DNA from: Zancudomyces culisetae HAW-14-8
Taxonomy: Eukaryota > Fungi > Kickxellomycota
Assembly (NCBI GenBank): GCA_052426225.1
Contig: JBNJNM010000011.1
Span: 2,604,001 to 2,668,000 of the forward strand
Length of the DNA stretch: 64,000 bases
Reading direction: 5' to 3'
Shown: positions 36,891 through 49,251 of the stretch, piece by piece
How positions within the stretch are numbered: the first letter of the stretch is position 1
How the letters are laid out: every line of letters starts with the position of its first letter
The notes under the pieces: model-generated
Databases searched by the model: none
Seen by the model: the letters and a program-made list of their open reading frames with translations, nothing else
Told to the model about the DNA's origin: nothing
Position numbers and translations under genes: made by a program

Positions 36891-38222
36891 ATGTCAACAG
36901 TGGATCACATAGAGCAGCAAAGGCAATGGCATTTCAACAAAAAGGATCTTTTACGAACACCATCGATAAAACAGAGTAATCTTACATACGCGGAAGAATG
37001 GGAGTTGAGATACAAAGGGACGAGCTTTATATATCAAGTTGTGCGAAGTCTAAGAGTGTAATTATATTTATTCAATTTCATGTATTTTGCAAGTAGATCA
37101 GATTCATTGAAAAATATCTTTCCCCCCACTCCCAAATAAATAAGCGGAGTATTATATACAGATAAAAGTATGCAGCACAATTAATTGAATATACTACTTC
37201 AAATGTAGAGATCAGGTGGTGGCCTCAACAGCTTGTGCATTGTTTCATAGATTTTATATGAGGCGATCAATCAAGATGGATCATTACTATGTAAGTTTGG
37301 TCGTTTTTTGTTGCTATATCTGCATAATTCTGACACGTAAAGGTTCATTACGAATAATAATATGATGTACACGAAAATAAAATCATAAATTCTATGACTT
37401 TTTCTAGGACATTGCTGGTAGTTGCATTTTTATAGCCTGTAAAATTGAAGAGCGAAAACTTCGATTAAGCGTCGTTGCGCATTCTTGTGCGATGGTAGGA
37501 GTTAGAGAAAGTCTATCATCAGAAGATCCAAAGGTGCAAAAATGGGAAAATACTATTCGAAAACTAGAGCCGGTTGTACTCGAATACACTTGCTTTGATA
37601 TGAACATTATGCATCCATACCCATGTTTGGAGGAATATCTGAGTAGGCTAAAATGTAAACATATTATAAATCCAATATACTATGCTATTATAAGGTTATG
37701 TAATTATCGAATGTGTGCTAATAAAAACACAAAAATCGACATGGATTAGTGAGCGTTAAGGCAGGAAAAATGGCCTGGGCATTTATAAATGACAATTACA
37801 GGACGACATTGTGTCTTCTGTTCGATCCAAAGACGATTGCGATTTCTGCGCTATACTTTGCTTGTCAGATCCTGGCGCTGGACGGGAGCACCGAGATAGA
37901 AAAGATTTCAAATGACTTTGCATACAAAATAGGCGTGGACATAAAGGCAATTGAAGGTAAGTATGTAGATATCCGCTGCTTCTTTTCACCTTATCTTTAT
38001 TTTTTTTTGAGTCCTACTTGGCAATCGCAGTCTGTAATGTTGTTGTCATATTTTTTTGTGCAGAAAAAAAAAGTGTTGCTAGAGCCACTCTTATATTAAA
38101 ATATGGTAGATTGTGTTCTCGAGATGATAAAGTATTATGAGATTCAGAGGACAAAAGAAAGAGATCTCGAGGTTTCGAATCTGTCCTTAGATAGCAATGA
38201 TGAATCTGAGAATGCCGGTTAG
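36891..38222 (+). CDS. Transcriptional cyclin (cyclin K/T, Pch1-like), multi-exon
   Basis: QWHFNKKDLLRTPS, STACALFHRFYMRRS, IFIACKIEE, LEPVVLEYTCFDMNIMHPY, AWAFINDNYRTTLCLLFDPKTIAISALYFA; exons joined at GT-AG sites; stop TAG at 38220-38222. Confidence 0.88.
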
Positions 38223-38471
38223 GATATCTATGCAAAAATTAGAGTGTTCTTTTATGTGTATTTTGTAATAGTATTAGCATTTTGTAATAGCAGTGCTGAC
38301 AGTGCCATTGTCAGCTTTAGAGCTTCAGTCGGTTTTTATTGCCGAAATAAAGTATATAGCGAAAACAGAAAAAAATGATGAGAAAAAAGGAAAGGATAGA
38401 TTGAAAGGCGACACAACGTAGCTTAAGAGAGATCGCCCAGATAATTTAAATCCAAGCAAGTATTGTGCAAA

Positions 38472-39936
38472 TTAATTGCCCAGGTTCTCTATTACGGCAT
38501 CAGTAAACTCTTGACATGAGCTTGATCCACCCATATCTCTGGTCAAGTGTTTTCCCTGGAGGTATGTGTTGTGGAGTGCGTTTTCAATGTTTTGTGCACA
38601 GTCACCCAAATCTAAATGACGCAACATGAGTATCCCGGAGGACAACATGGCTGTAGGGTTGGCTACGTTCTGACCTTGGATATCCTTGCCGACGTGACGA
38701 GCTCCTGGCTCGAAAACTGCAGAGTTTCTACCAACGTTTGCGCCAGGAATAGTACCAACACCATTGATCAATCCAGCGCAAATATTTGTAACGATGTTTC
38801 CGTACAAGTTTGATGTTACCATGATATCAAACTGTTGTGGTTTTCCTACCAGCTGCATAGCAGTATTGTCTACAATCATATCGTATGCCTGGATTCCAGT
38901 ATGTTTGTATTCCTCAGCGATTTCTCTGAAGGTGCTTAAAAACAAACCGTCTGTAAGCTTCATGATATTGGCCTTGTGTACACATACGATCTTCTTTTTT
39001 CCCGTCCTGATTGCTAAATCAAATGCGTATCTGCTGATTCGTTCGGACTTCGCCTTTGATGTGATCTTGATTGATTCTACAATGTCTGGTACTGGCTTAT
39101 GTTCAAGACCTGCATATTCTCCCTCTGTATTTTCACGGACAATATACATATCTATGTTCTTGTGTCTGGTCTTAACTCCCTCGATGTTTTTGACTTTTAC
39201 GACAGAAGCATACATATCCAACTGCTTTCGCATAACACCGTTAAAACTAGTATGTCCTTTAGAAATTGGCGTGTACAAAGTTCCTTTCAACCCAACTTTG
39301 TTTCTTCTCAAGCTGTCTATTGCTTGCAAAAGGACAGTGTTGCTCTGTTCGGTTTCGCCAGTGACATCAAACTGCTCCCAGATAATTGGAGCCCTAGCTG
39401 CAGCGAATATCTTTTTGACTGAGCTTGTAACCTCTAGTCCAATACCATCACCTGGAATCAGTGTGACTATGTTCTTTCCTCCATACCTTTTTGGGCCCTC
39501 GGCATCCTATTCGTTTATTTATATCTGTATGAGCGATATATTCTTTCATAGTCTTCTAAATGTAAGAGTTGTAGTCTCAGCAAAATAAATCTGAATGTGA
39601 TTGTACCTGTTTAACTGTCGATATTGTTCGAATGCCCGAAACGAGATTCTATATTGTCATTTCAAATGTTTGATTGTTACTGTTATTCAATAAGATTGAC
39701 ACTATTCTTTTTAATTCGGCTTTTCTGTCTTACTAACCTTTTTTACGATGCTCTTATTTGCCCTAATCAAACTGCTCATTTTTCTTCCTCTTCCGCTTTT
39801 CTGAATTACCGATTAATTCATTTACGCTTTTTAAGCTATATCTAAAAAAATTTAATAATAAAACTTTTTTTTTCAGCCAAAATTTTTCCCTCTCAAAAAA
39901 GAACTCGTTAGAATGTACGGACAAGATGGCGAGCAT
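38472..39936 (-). CDS. IDH1: NAD-dependent isocitrate dehydrogenase subunit 1 (regulatory), mitochondrial; 5' exons uncertain
   Basis: KRYGGKNIVTLIPGDGIG, LRRNKVGLKGTLYTP, RENTEGEY, HKANIMKLTDGLFL, MIVDN, NLYGNI, FEPGARH, ANPTAML. Upstream presequence exon at 39648-39607; start at 39936 is tentative. Confidence 0.92.
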
Positions 39937-42121
39937 ATTGGGGCTCTTTTCAAAAATCATACATATTGCAACCAGCCTTTATCGCTGCAACTTTTGTGCA
40001 GGTGGCAGTTTTGCGTTGAATAAAAAAAAATTTTTTTAGGCATCCAGTACGACGTCTTATTCGCCTATATTCAACTGATAGACGATAACAAAAACTGCTT
40101 CGCACTATTGGGTAAAACTAAATACTCTGAACTTTAATTTCACTGGCATCCAATTTAATACCCAATCGAAAGAAAACACCACAATGCGCAAAGGCTGATT
40201 ACAAAAAATTGCGGGCTTTAGAGCGAGATGTATAAAATGTATCATTTAGTGTGCTTCAAGATTTTCGGGCTTATCTTGAATTACTTGCCCCTATCCTGGC
40301 CCAAAAGATACTGTAAACAAATGTTGAAAAGAAATATTGAAAAGAAAAGAAAAGACAATATTCATAAATGATGTCCTTTTTGAAATGCAAAAAAAGAAGA
40401 GAAAAGTAGTATAAAAAAAATTCTAGTTTCAGTTACTGAAAGTATTGATTCAAAGGTACAAGCAAAAGTAGATAAGCACTTATTAAAAGACGTTACACAA
40501 ACACTACATTTTCTAATAGCGATTTAAATAATGATAGTTGAGAACTTTCTAAATAACACGATGTAGCAATTATTTCGATATAAACTACAAGATAACAAGG
40601 CCATATCTAGATATTAGTACTAGCGGATTGTTTACTTGTACAAATCTGTATATACCAAAATAGTATCGACTTTCTGTAGCACCAAGCAAGAAGTTTATTT
40701 TTTTCTTTTCTTATAATGCTATTGTAATGTTGATAATATTATATGAAATAGCCATGCTATAGAATGCATTGATGCAAACCAACCAACAATGTGAAAGAGT
40801 GTAAAAATTTGACATGTTGGCAAGATACAAGACAGAGTTCTTCCAAAATGGGAGTTACTTGTTGAACAGCATTGTGGGTGTGTGTTGGTGCATGTTGGTG
40901 CTAAGGAGCCGATACCCTATTTTCTTTTGATTTACGTTTGATGGTAGGAAACACCAAGTCGCAAAAATGCTTTATTTTTTAAAGTAGGTCAACCAGGACC
41001 ATGGTGCGTGATGTATATAACATCCTATATCAAAGTTCATGGCTAGAGTTCTTCAGGGATGATTCAAGTGCGGTCAATAATTTTGACTTTTATCTTTGCT
41101 TTTCTTTAAAGCAACATCTTTGCCATTTTTTGTACAAGGATCTGTGCGTGTGGAAGGGTCACGAGAATATAATAAACTCTTGGTTAAACATCTGTAAATT
41201 GCTTTGCATTGATAATGTATCACTATACCAAACGCACCTATTATACTCCCTTTTTGAACGCCTTTATATGTTTGTTCAGCCTTTTATTTTGCGCGTCTTG
41301 TTTATTTATCTAGAACAACTATATTCTATTGGTTGGTCCTACTTGCTCAAGAATTGCACATGGGTTGCTAATTGAAACGGTTCAAAAAAAACCATTGTAT
41401 TTTGAGAGCTATAATTGAAGTTGGAAAATTTTAGAGAAAAGAGCAAAGATTTTATCTGGTATAGGCTGTTTGGAAAAAAGGGGGATGTTAAAAACGTGCT
41501 TTTATTTGATTTTAAGTGGTCGTATTACATAAGTGCATACTAACTATTAGTATCCAAAACACGCATAGTTTGATGAAAAAAAAGTTATAACCAAGCTTTC
41601 TTTTGAAAAACGATTTGATGGTACCAGGATCAAATGGGATATGATGAGTTTGGAGCCAAGGGCTTTAGAAAGGACTTTAGAAAGGACTTGGCAGCTAACT
41701 GCTAGGTCATCCTCATTGTGCTTACATCTACATATCAGGCCCCGTGAACGCAAAAGAATCACTAAACCCTAAAAAAAAATGAAAAAAAATGCAGAGATGT
41801 GAATTGGAAATACTTGGATGAGTATTGGGACTAACGAGTAATGTGCAGAAAAAAAATGTGAATGTAGATTTTGGTGTTTGGATAACAAATGAAAAATTTA
41901 TGACTAACTTTGCTTAAAAATCTTCAAAGCTCCTTGTTTAAGCAACTCGCAATAAAAAAAAAACGTTATAAACGTAGAACCTCAACTTTACCTTTTGTTT
42001 CTTGGTATATGCCAGAGCACCAACACGTACGCGCACACACACAAACAGAGAATAGTATACTAGGATAAACCAAGTACAAAACTATCAAGGCTGTAGTACT
42101 GTGTAATATTAGAAAGGAGAA

Positions 42122-45015
42122 ATGACTAGGTAAACTTTATTAGCTTTAGATTTGTGCATACTACTTTCTTTATTTTATAAACCACTTTTTAGTCAGAATC
42201 ATCCCGTTCTTAATAAAAATAAATCTATTTGATAAAAAATAGTAACAATGAGATTGATGTAGAGATAGAAAGTAAGTCACTTCTTTTGTAAAATGCACCT
42301 TAATTTCAAATCTAACTCAGATTTACATTGCAACATCCGTGGCCAGAATAATTAACATTTATAAATAAAATAGTCAGGACAGTGGTAGTTTATTCCAGGC
42401 TTTTCTCAAGTAAGTAAAATATATTACCTGTTTGGCGGAGAGTTGAGTGTTGTTTTACTTGTGGTATACAAGTGTTGCTTTAAAATGCAAATGTACATTA
42501 TTCTTTAGAAAACCATCGCTACCAGGTACTTGTGAGCGTGAATGATATACTTGCTGGCGAAACTAAAATATCAGAGAAGGGAGCGAATATTGAGTTTAAT
42601 GAAAAGTTTGTACTGTAAGTGCTTTTTAGTGCCAGACTCTATATTTTAGCTCTGGGTTTTTTTTAATAAAAACAACGCAAGAGAAATGAGTGTAAAAAAT
42701 AAAGAATATTAATAAAGCAGAAGAGTTATAAATCATGATTTAGGCGAGTAAACGAGTACAGCATCGTTACCTTCCAGCTAAAAAGGCATAAAAATAATAT
42801 CAGAGAAAAGGTAAAGAACCTGGGAGAGCACAGCTTTCTGGTTGAAAACGAAATCGGAGATTTGTATGGTCGCAGAAAAGTGCTTAATGTGCTTGTCTAT
42901 GGGAAAAAGAACAAAGAAAGAGAAGTAGCAAAGCTGACCTATTCCATAGGTGTTATTGAACCCATTTTAGAAGATGCCCAATATGCACAAGGTACCACTC
43001 GAGAAGGCAACGCAGCTGATGGACCAACTCTCACAAATATTTCCGAAAATGGTGTGGAGAGAAATGAGGAACATACAAATGTGGCAGGTGAAAGAGTTCT
43101 CGACGCTAGATCAGGAGATACCCGTCCGGTTGATGTAAAAAACAATGGCGGTAACACCTCGGGTAATGCCGCGCGTTTAGATACAGTGGGTTCTAGCTCC
43201 CGTGGGTCGGAAATGCCTGGTGGGTACACTGTGGCGAATCTAGGAGGTATAGACATAGGTGTATCTAGATTAAACATAACAGAAAGCGCGAGTGAAGGTT
43301 ATAATGCCAGTAATATTATCAGTGGTGACACGAGGAGTGTGGCAGGAAGTATCTCTACGAGCCATAGCCGGAGCCTTGGGTCGGGAACAGCCGGTGATGG
43401 CAGGGCCATTGCAGAAGAAGCGGGAGAGGACAGACTTCCACCTGGGTGGGAAAAAAGAAAGGATAGTGAGGGGAGAAGCTACTACCTGGATCACAATACA
43501 CGGACTACAACGTGGAAAAGACCAGGAAGGAGTGAAAGCATTGGAAACAGTGGAAGGGGTAGAATTGATGTTGAGGTAGGTGGAAGTGGAGCCGAAGGGT
43601 TGCCAATAGGCTGGGAGGAGAGGGTTTCTGCGACCGGACGCAAATATTATGTGAATCATATAAATAGGATGACTACGTGGAATGATCCTAGAAATTCAAC
43701 AAACAAGAGTATGGGGCTGAATGGAAAGTTGATCAATACGTCTTTGGGACCAATGCCACCAGGATGGGAGATAAGAAGAAACGAAAAGGGCAGAATATAT
43801 TTTGTGGACCACAACACCAAGACGACCTCGTGGGAAGATCCACGTCTGACAATAAAACAAGAAGAGGGTATTCCACAGTATAAGCGAGATTTTCGCAGGA
43901 AAAACATGTATTTTAAGCTACAAAAAGAGATGCGACACAAGCCAGGACATCAATCTTTTAAGATTGATAGAAACGATATAGTAGAAAGCGCATATAAACA
44001 GATTATGAGCATGGATGTCGATGATCTTAAAAAAGTTCTGCGAATCAAAATAGGAGACGAAGAAGGAATTGATTACGGTGGTGTGTCTAGGGAATTTTTC
44101 TATTTGCTGTCGCGGAGCATCTTTAATCCAGCGTATTGCCTGTTCCAGTATGCAGCGATAGACAACTACACGCTACAGATAAATCCCCAAAGTGGAATCA
44201 ACCCGGCTCATCTAGATTATTTCTATTTTGTAGGCAAAATCATGGGATTGGCTGTATTTCACCAGCGATATTTAGACGCGTTCTTCACTGCTCAAATATA
44301 CAAGTCGATACTCCGAAAGCCTATTCGCGTCGATGATATGCAAAGTATTGATCCTGAGATTTACAATTCACTCCTATGGATGCTAGACAACGACGTAACC
44401 GATCTAGATATGACGTTTATTGTTGAAATCGACAGGTTTGGCGTAAAAGAAGTGATAGAGCTTGTGCCCGACGGAAAAAACATAGTTGTTACCAACGAGA
44501 ACAAATATAAATTTGTCGATTTAAATGTCAACTTTCGGATCATTGACAATGTAAAACCTCAACTTGACCGCCTTTTGGCTGGTTTTCACGAGTTTGTGCC
44601 ACTGGAGCTTATCCAGGTTTTTGATGAAAGAGAAATGGAGTTTGTACTCGGTGGCCTCGCTACCATTGATATAGACGATTGGAAAGCCAACACTGTCTAC
44701 AAAAACTACAATGAGATGGATATGCCTGTAGTGTGGTTCTGGAAATGCGTTTCTGAAATGAATTCCGAAAACCGCGCCCTCCTCCTGCAATTTGTTACCG
44801 GAACCTCTCGTGTTCCTGTAAACGGTTTCAAGGATCTTTACGGCTCTGATGGCCCTCGAAAGTTTACCATCGAAAAACTGGGAACCTCATCCAGTTTGCC
44901 CAAGAGCCACACCTGCTTTAACAGGATCGATCTGCCCCCGTATGAAAGTTTTGATATTTTAGTTTCCAAGCTGACTTTGGCCATAGAGAACACCGTAGGA
45001 TTTGGTCAAGAGTAA
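42122..45015 (+). CDS. RSP5: Nedd4-family HECT E3 ubiquitin ligase Rsp5/Pub1 (degenerate C2, 3 WW, HECT)
   Basis: Three WW domains ([24 protein letters not shown]), [42 protein letters not shown]...GFGQE. Four small upstream exons splice in frame from ATG 42122. Confidence 0.93.
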
Positions 45016-45131
45016 CTCCATATAATCGTTGCTTTATTTACTTACAACTAATTCTAATAATCTATGATTTTTATTATTATTACCACTATTATCGGATGTT
45101 CATTATTTCCTCCCTTTTTTTTATTTTTTAC

Positions 45132-46083
45132 TCACAATGTGTTATCACCGTTACTGGTATAGCTATTAAACATCTTTATATATAATATATCTATCTTGAA
45201 TGGCCCCTCTTTATTATCATTTATACTGACTCCAAAATTGCTGACTTTTTGTCTATACATCCCCATCTGTGCTGCCAGGATAGTTCCCTTATTTGTTAAC
45301 GCAAATTCATTAAACGGGATTACATGTGTTTGCCACTCATTATTCGTGTTTGGTAATGTATGTTGAAATATATCTGATTTTATCAGTGTTCTGCACTTCA
45401 TGTTTAGCAGGTACTGTCGCTTATCGATGCTATCCCAGGTTCTGTATCGAATAGCCAGATATCTGAACAAACTTGTGTCGTAATATCCATTATTGTCAAA
45501 CGAAAAGGGCTCGACATTACTTTGTATCATTGCATACCCTGTGTTTTTGATTTTCTTATCTAGCGGAAGACGTTTAGATATATATCCACTAAATTCACCT
45601 CCCGTTATTACATTGCTTGTTAACCTTGCATGTGAATACCCTATTTATTTATTTATTATTTTTATGATTTGAATTGGAGTTACTTGCATTTTTCACCAAC
45701 TGTACCAATTCAGAGCGATTGATATCAAAATGCAAACATGTTTAAACATATAATGTATTCAAAACAAGCAGTAAATGCTAGTTGTACAGATAATTACCTC
45801 CTATATCTTTGTCGGTTCCTAGATCGAATTTTCTGTACGAATCGAGCGCCCGAAAATCAATTATAAGTTTTTCTTTTTGCTTTTTAAAGGGATCGATAAC
45901 GAATGCTACATTAATAAACGGTTAAATTTTAGTGTCTGCTTTCAGTCTTTTAATCATTTTATTTCATTTTTGCTCTACATGTACTCGCATCTATTTGGTC
46001 TGCAAATTATAACCGCAATTACCTTTTTTTACTTCATTACCTAGATCCTTAAAAGATCTCGGAAAGTTTTTGAGAACAGACAT
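45132..46083 (-). CDS. CIA30: Complex I intermediate-associated protein CIA30/NDUFAF1, 3 exons
   Basis: Spliced MSVLKNFPRSF...|...DLGTDKDIG|GYSHARL...FSGYISKRLP...TGYAMIQS...WQTHVIPFNEFALTNKG...EGPFKIDI. Confidence 0.85.
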
Positions 46084-46586
46084 ATTTTATCTCTTGTTTT
46101 TTCGTTGTACCAATCTTCTCTTAAGAGTAGCTGTAATAGTGTTTTATTTAAATATACTTGATTTCTGCACCAACAACAGTTAATAAACACAGTACAAGGT
46201 AAAAATCGTTGTTAACATACAATCTCTAGCACACAATACGTTTTACTAATTTCTTGGTCGAATTACAATCCCCTATTGGCTACCACGATTAGTTCCTTTA
46301 TTTTCTTTTACACATATATACATTTAAGCTATAAATGATGGATTTATCCATTTATTCGAACCAACCTCATTGGTATGCTGATAAAAAAATTTTTTTTTTT
46401 TGCCTTGATTTAAATGACATGAATCGATTTCCAGTTTTCAAAAACTAGACCTATAAACTAGAAAACACAGAACTCATTGACAAAATTTGCACATAACTTC
46501 GTATTCCAAGGTGCGTTTACTTGTACATACTTTTTATTCCTCATATATTGAACATTCATCGGTACAACGAACACCAAAACGACGAA

Positions 46587-48824
46587 ATGAGTGAAAAACG
46601 AACTAAACTAACAGTTAAGGGGGACTTTGACAGAAAGATATATAGAAGAATGGAGGAGATGTTGAAAGATGAGCCCGTCGATCCAAGCAACAATGCGATC
46701 GTTTTTCCTAAAGCAAGCGAATTCCTAGAGTATATACTAGAAGTTGATATACCCATGAAGCGCCAAAAGCGAGCGCTTGTAGAAAAAAGTATACAGCGCG
46801 TGACTCCTGTCTTAAAGCAAAACTTTTCTATTGACGTAGATGAAAACCCTATTGAGCAAGACAATGAGAATATTTTACCGAATGAATCTAACTTGATGGT
46901 TGTGAACGAAAAAAATGTGTTGAACAATCAAATGGTGAAATACTGGAAGCAAAACACTGCAACAACCACCACAACTACGACTATGACAACCACCACAGCC
47001 GCTCAAATAACCAAACCAACAGAAAAGGCCTCATCAGCGGATATTGAAAAGAACAAGCAAGCAGAAAGCGAGAAAGTCAAAAAAGTAATAAAGTTCAGTG
47101 ATATGGGTGGTATTGAACCAATAGTTGAGGAAGTGCTGGAGCTCATAGTAATGCCAATAAAACACTCCGAGATATATCTCTACACAGGAGTAAAGCCTCC
47201 ACGAGGCGTCCTATTATATGGACCGCCTGGATGTGGAAAGACAATGTTAGCAAAGGCGATAGCAGCGGAGGCGGGCGTAACGTTTTTAGAGGTATCAGCG
47301 CCTGAAATAGTTAGCGGTATGTCGGGTGAAAGCGAAAAGAAGCTTCGTGATTTGTTCGCTCAGGCTATAAAGCAGGCGCCAAGTATAATATTCATTGACG
47401 AGATAGATGCAATTACGCCAAAAAGAGAAACTGCGCAGCGAGAAATGGAGCGCAGAATAGTCGCACAATTATTGACGTGTATAGATAGCCTTTCCTGGGA
47501 AAACACTGGAAACAAACATGTTGTATTATTAGGAGCCACAAATCGGCCAGATTCTCTGGACCCAGCATTACGGCGGGCGGGTAGATTTGACCGTGAGATT
47601 ATGATGAGCGTTCCTGACGAGTCAGCTCGTGAAAAGATTTTGAAGGTAATTACAGATGGATTAAAGTTGAGCGAAGATTTTGATTTTAGGGAGCTTTCGA
47701 AGAGATGCCCGGGATATGTTGGTGCAGATTTACACGCGCTTGTCACGGCAGCAGGAATGATAGCAGTCAAGCGGATATTTAGCATCCTCGCTAACCAGGA
47801 CGAAATTCAAGACCTGACAATCCGCAAATTCTTGGCCGATTTTCAAGATCCGCTATCTCCGGATCAACTCGAATCACTCGTTATCACCAACCAGGATTTT
47901 ATGTCCGCTTTATCTAAAGTACAGCCTTCTGCTCAGCGTGAAGGGTTTGCTACAGTACCTGGTGTTACATGGGAGAGTATTGGGGCTCTTCAAGACATCC
48001 GCAATCAGCTACGTTTCTCGATAACGGAGCCAATAAAGCATCCCGAGCTGTTCAAATCTGTAGGAATTACTTCACCTGCTGGCGTTTTGTTGTGGGGTCC
48101 TCCTGGATGTGGAAAAACACTTCTCGCAAAGGCAATTGCTAACGAGGCCCAAGCCAATTTTATTTCCATTAAGGGACCAGAACTGCTAAACAAATATGTT
48201 GGTGAAAGTGAGAAGGCTATTCGGCAAGTCTTTAGCAGGGCCAGAGCCTCAAACCCTTGCATCATCTTTTTTGATGAGGTGGATGCTTTGTGCCCCAAGC
48301 GTGATCTCAACTCCACCGACTCGATATCTCGAATTGTAAATACTTTGCTTACCGAGCTAGATGGTATCGAGGATCGTAAGAACGTTTTTATCATTGCTGC
48401 GACCAATCGTCCAGATATCATTGATCCTGCTATACTTCGTCCCGGTAGGCTCGATAAACTATTGTATGTTGGATTGCCTAGTGAAGCAGAGCGGTTGGAT
48501 ATTTTGAAAACTCTGACAAGAAACACTCCATTGAACTGCGATGTGGATTTGCCACTTATTAGCAAAAATAAGCGACTATCGAACTTTACTGGTGCTGATC
48601 TTGCTTCTCTTGTCAGAGAAAGCTGTGTCAGCGCTATTAACAAGTTTTTATCTGACCCCGAAAATTCCGCAGACCCATCTTCCGAGGCTTCATCTAAAAA
48701 GGCAGTATTGGTTTCGGGTGATGATTTTGCATTCGCCTTTAACAATGTTAGCCCATCTGTTAACCTTTCTGACCTGGGTAGATATCTCTCTTTAAAAGAG
48801 AAATATTCATCCATGTCCATATAA
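46587..48824 (+). CDS. RIX7: AAA+ ATPase Rix7/NVL (60S ribosome biogenesis)
   Basis: Two AAA modules (GPPGCGKT twice), IVSGMSGESE, KRETAQREMERRIVAQLLT, VQPSAQREGFATVPGVTW, GVLLWGPPG. First ATG at 46587. Confidence 0.95.
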   Translation: MSEKRTKLTVKGDFDRKIYRRMEEMLKDEPVDPSNNAIVFPKASEFLEYILEVDIPMKRQKRALVEKSIQRVTPVLKQNFSIDVDENPIEQDNENILPNESNLMVVNEKNVLNNQMVKYWKQNTATTTTTTTMTTTTAAQITKPTEKASSADIEKNKQAESEKVKKVIKFSDMGGIEPIVEEVLELIVMPIKHSEIYLYTGVKPPRGVLLYGPPGCGKTMLAKAIAAEAGVTFLEVSAPEIVSGMSGESEKKLRDLFAQAIKQAPSIIFIDEIDAITPKRETAQREMERRIVAQLLTCIDSLSWENTGNKHVVLLGATNRPDSLDPALRRAGRFDREIMMSVPDESAREKILKVITDGLKLSEDFDFRELSKRCPGYVGADLHALVTAAGMIAVKRIFSILANQDEIQDLTIRKFLADFQDPLSPDQLESLVITNQDFMSALSKVQPSAQREGFATVPGVTWESIGALQDIRNQLRFSITEPIKHPELFKSVGITSPAGVLLWGPPGCGKTLLAKAIANEAQANFISIKGPELLNKYVGESEKAIRQVFSRARASNPCIIFFDEVDALCPKRDLNSTDSISRIVNTLLTELDGIEDRKNVFIIAATNRPDIIDPAILRPGRLDKLLYVGLPSEAERLDILKTLTRNTPLNCDVDLPLISKNKRLSNFTGADLASLVRESCVSAINKFLSDPENSADPSSEASSKKAVLVSGDDFAFAFNNVSPSVNLSDLGRYLSLKEKYSSMSI

Positions 48825-49251
48825 TTATTTTGCGCCCTTTTGTAGTCTTGGTTACAGCTAGCCTTATAATAGGCTTTGAAATAAATACCAGTGTTAATTC
48901 AAAATTATTTTCGTGCAAGATTATTTATACTCTTTCTTCAGTAGTAAAAAAAAAATAATTAAAAAATAAAACTTGAAGCTTTTAATAATATTTTTTGTTT
49001 TATTTAGCACATGGTTTGGTATGAGTATACCATCCAGTTATACTATAACGGAAATATGTTATAGTAGATAAAAAAAGAAAAGATCATTCTAATCGAAAAT
49101 TAATAGTGATTTTGTGTATTAATTTGCTTTTATGTACATTAGGTAAAATCAGCGAGAGGGGTAGTTATGAACACTCTCCAAATGTTAAAAATGAATTTTA
49201 TTGCAGAGTATTAGGACTTGTACCTGTACTCACCGAAGTATCCTAGCGTGT

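Noticed and set aside
38764-39588. 274-aa plus-strand ORF
   Set aside because: It is the antisense mirror of IDH1, with no recognisable motif.
41001-41375. 124-aa intergenic ORF (similar cases at 12982-13308, 17489-17755, 34226-34621)
   Set aside because: No motifs and composition typical of random AT-rich ORFs; expression data would be needed.
41641-41700. ATGATGA box C-like word followed by a 12-nt tandem duplication (ctttagaaagga)
   Set aside because: No box D or terminal stem at a suitable distance; insufficient for a snoRNA call.
48005-48820. 271-aa minus-strand ORF
   Set aside because: It is the antisense shadow of the second RIX7 AAA module.
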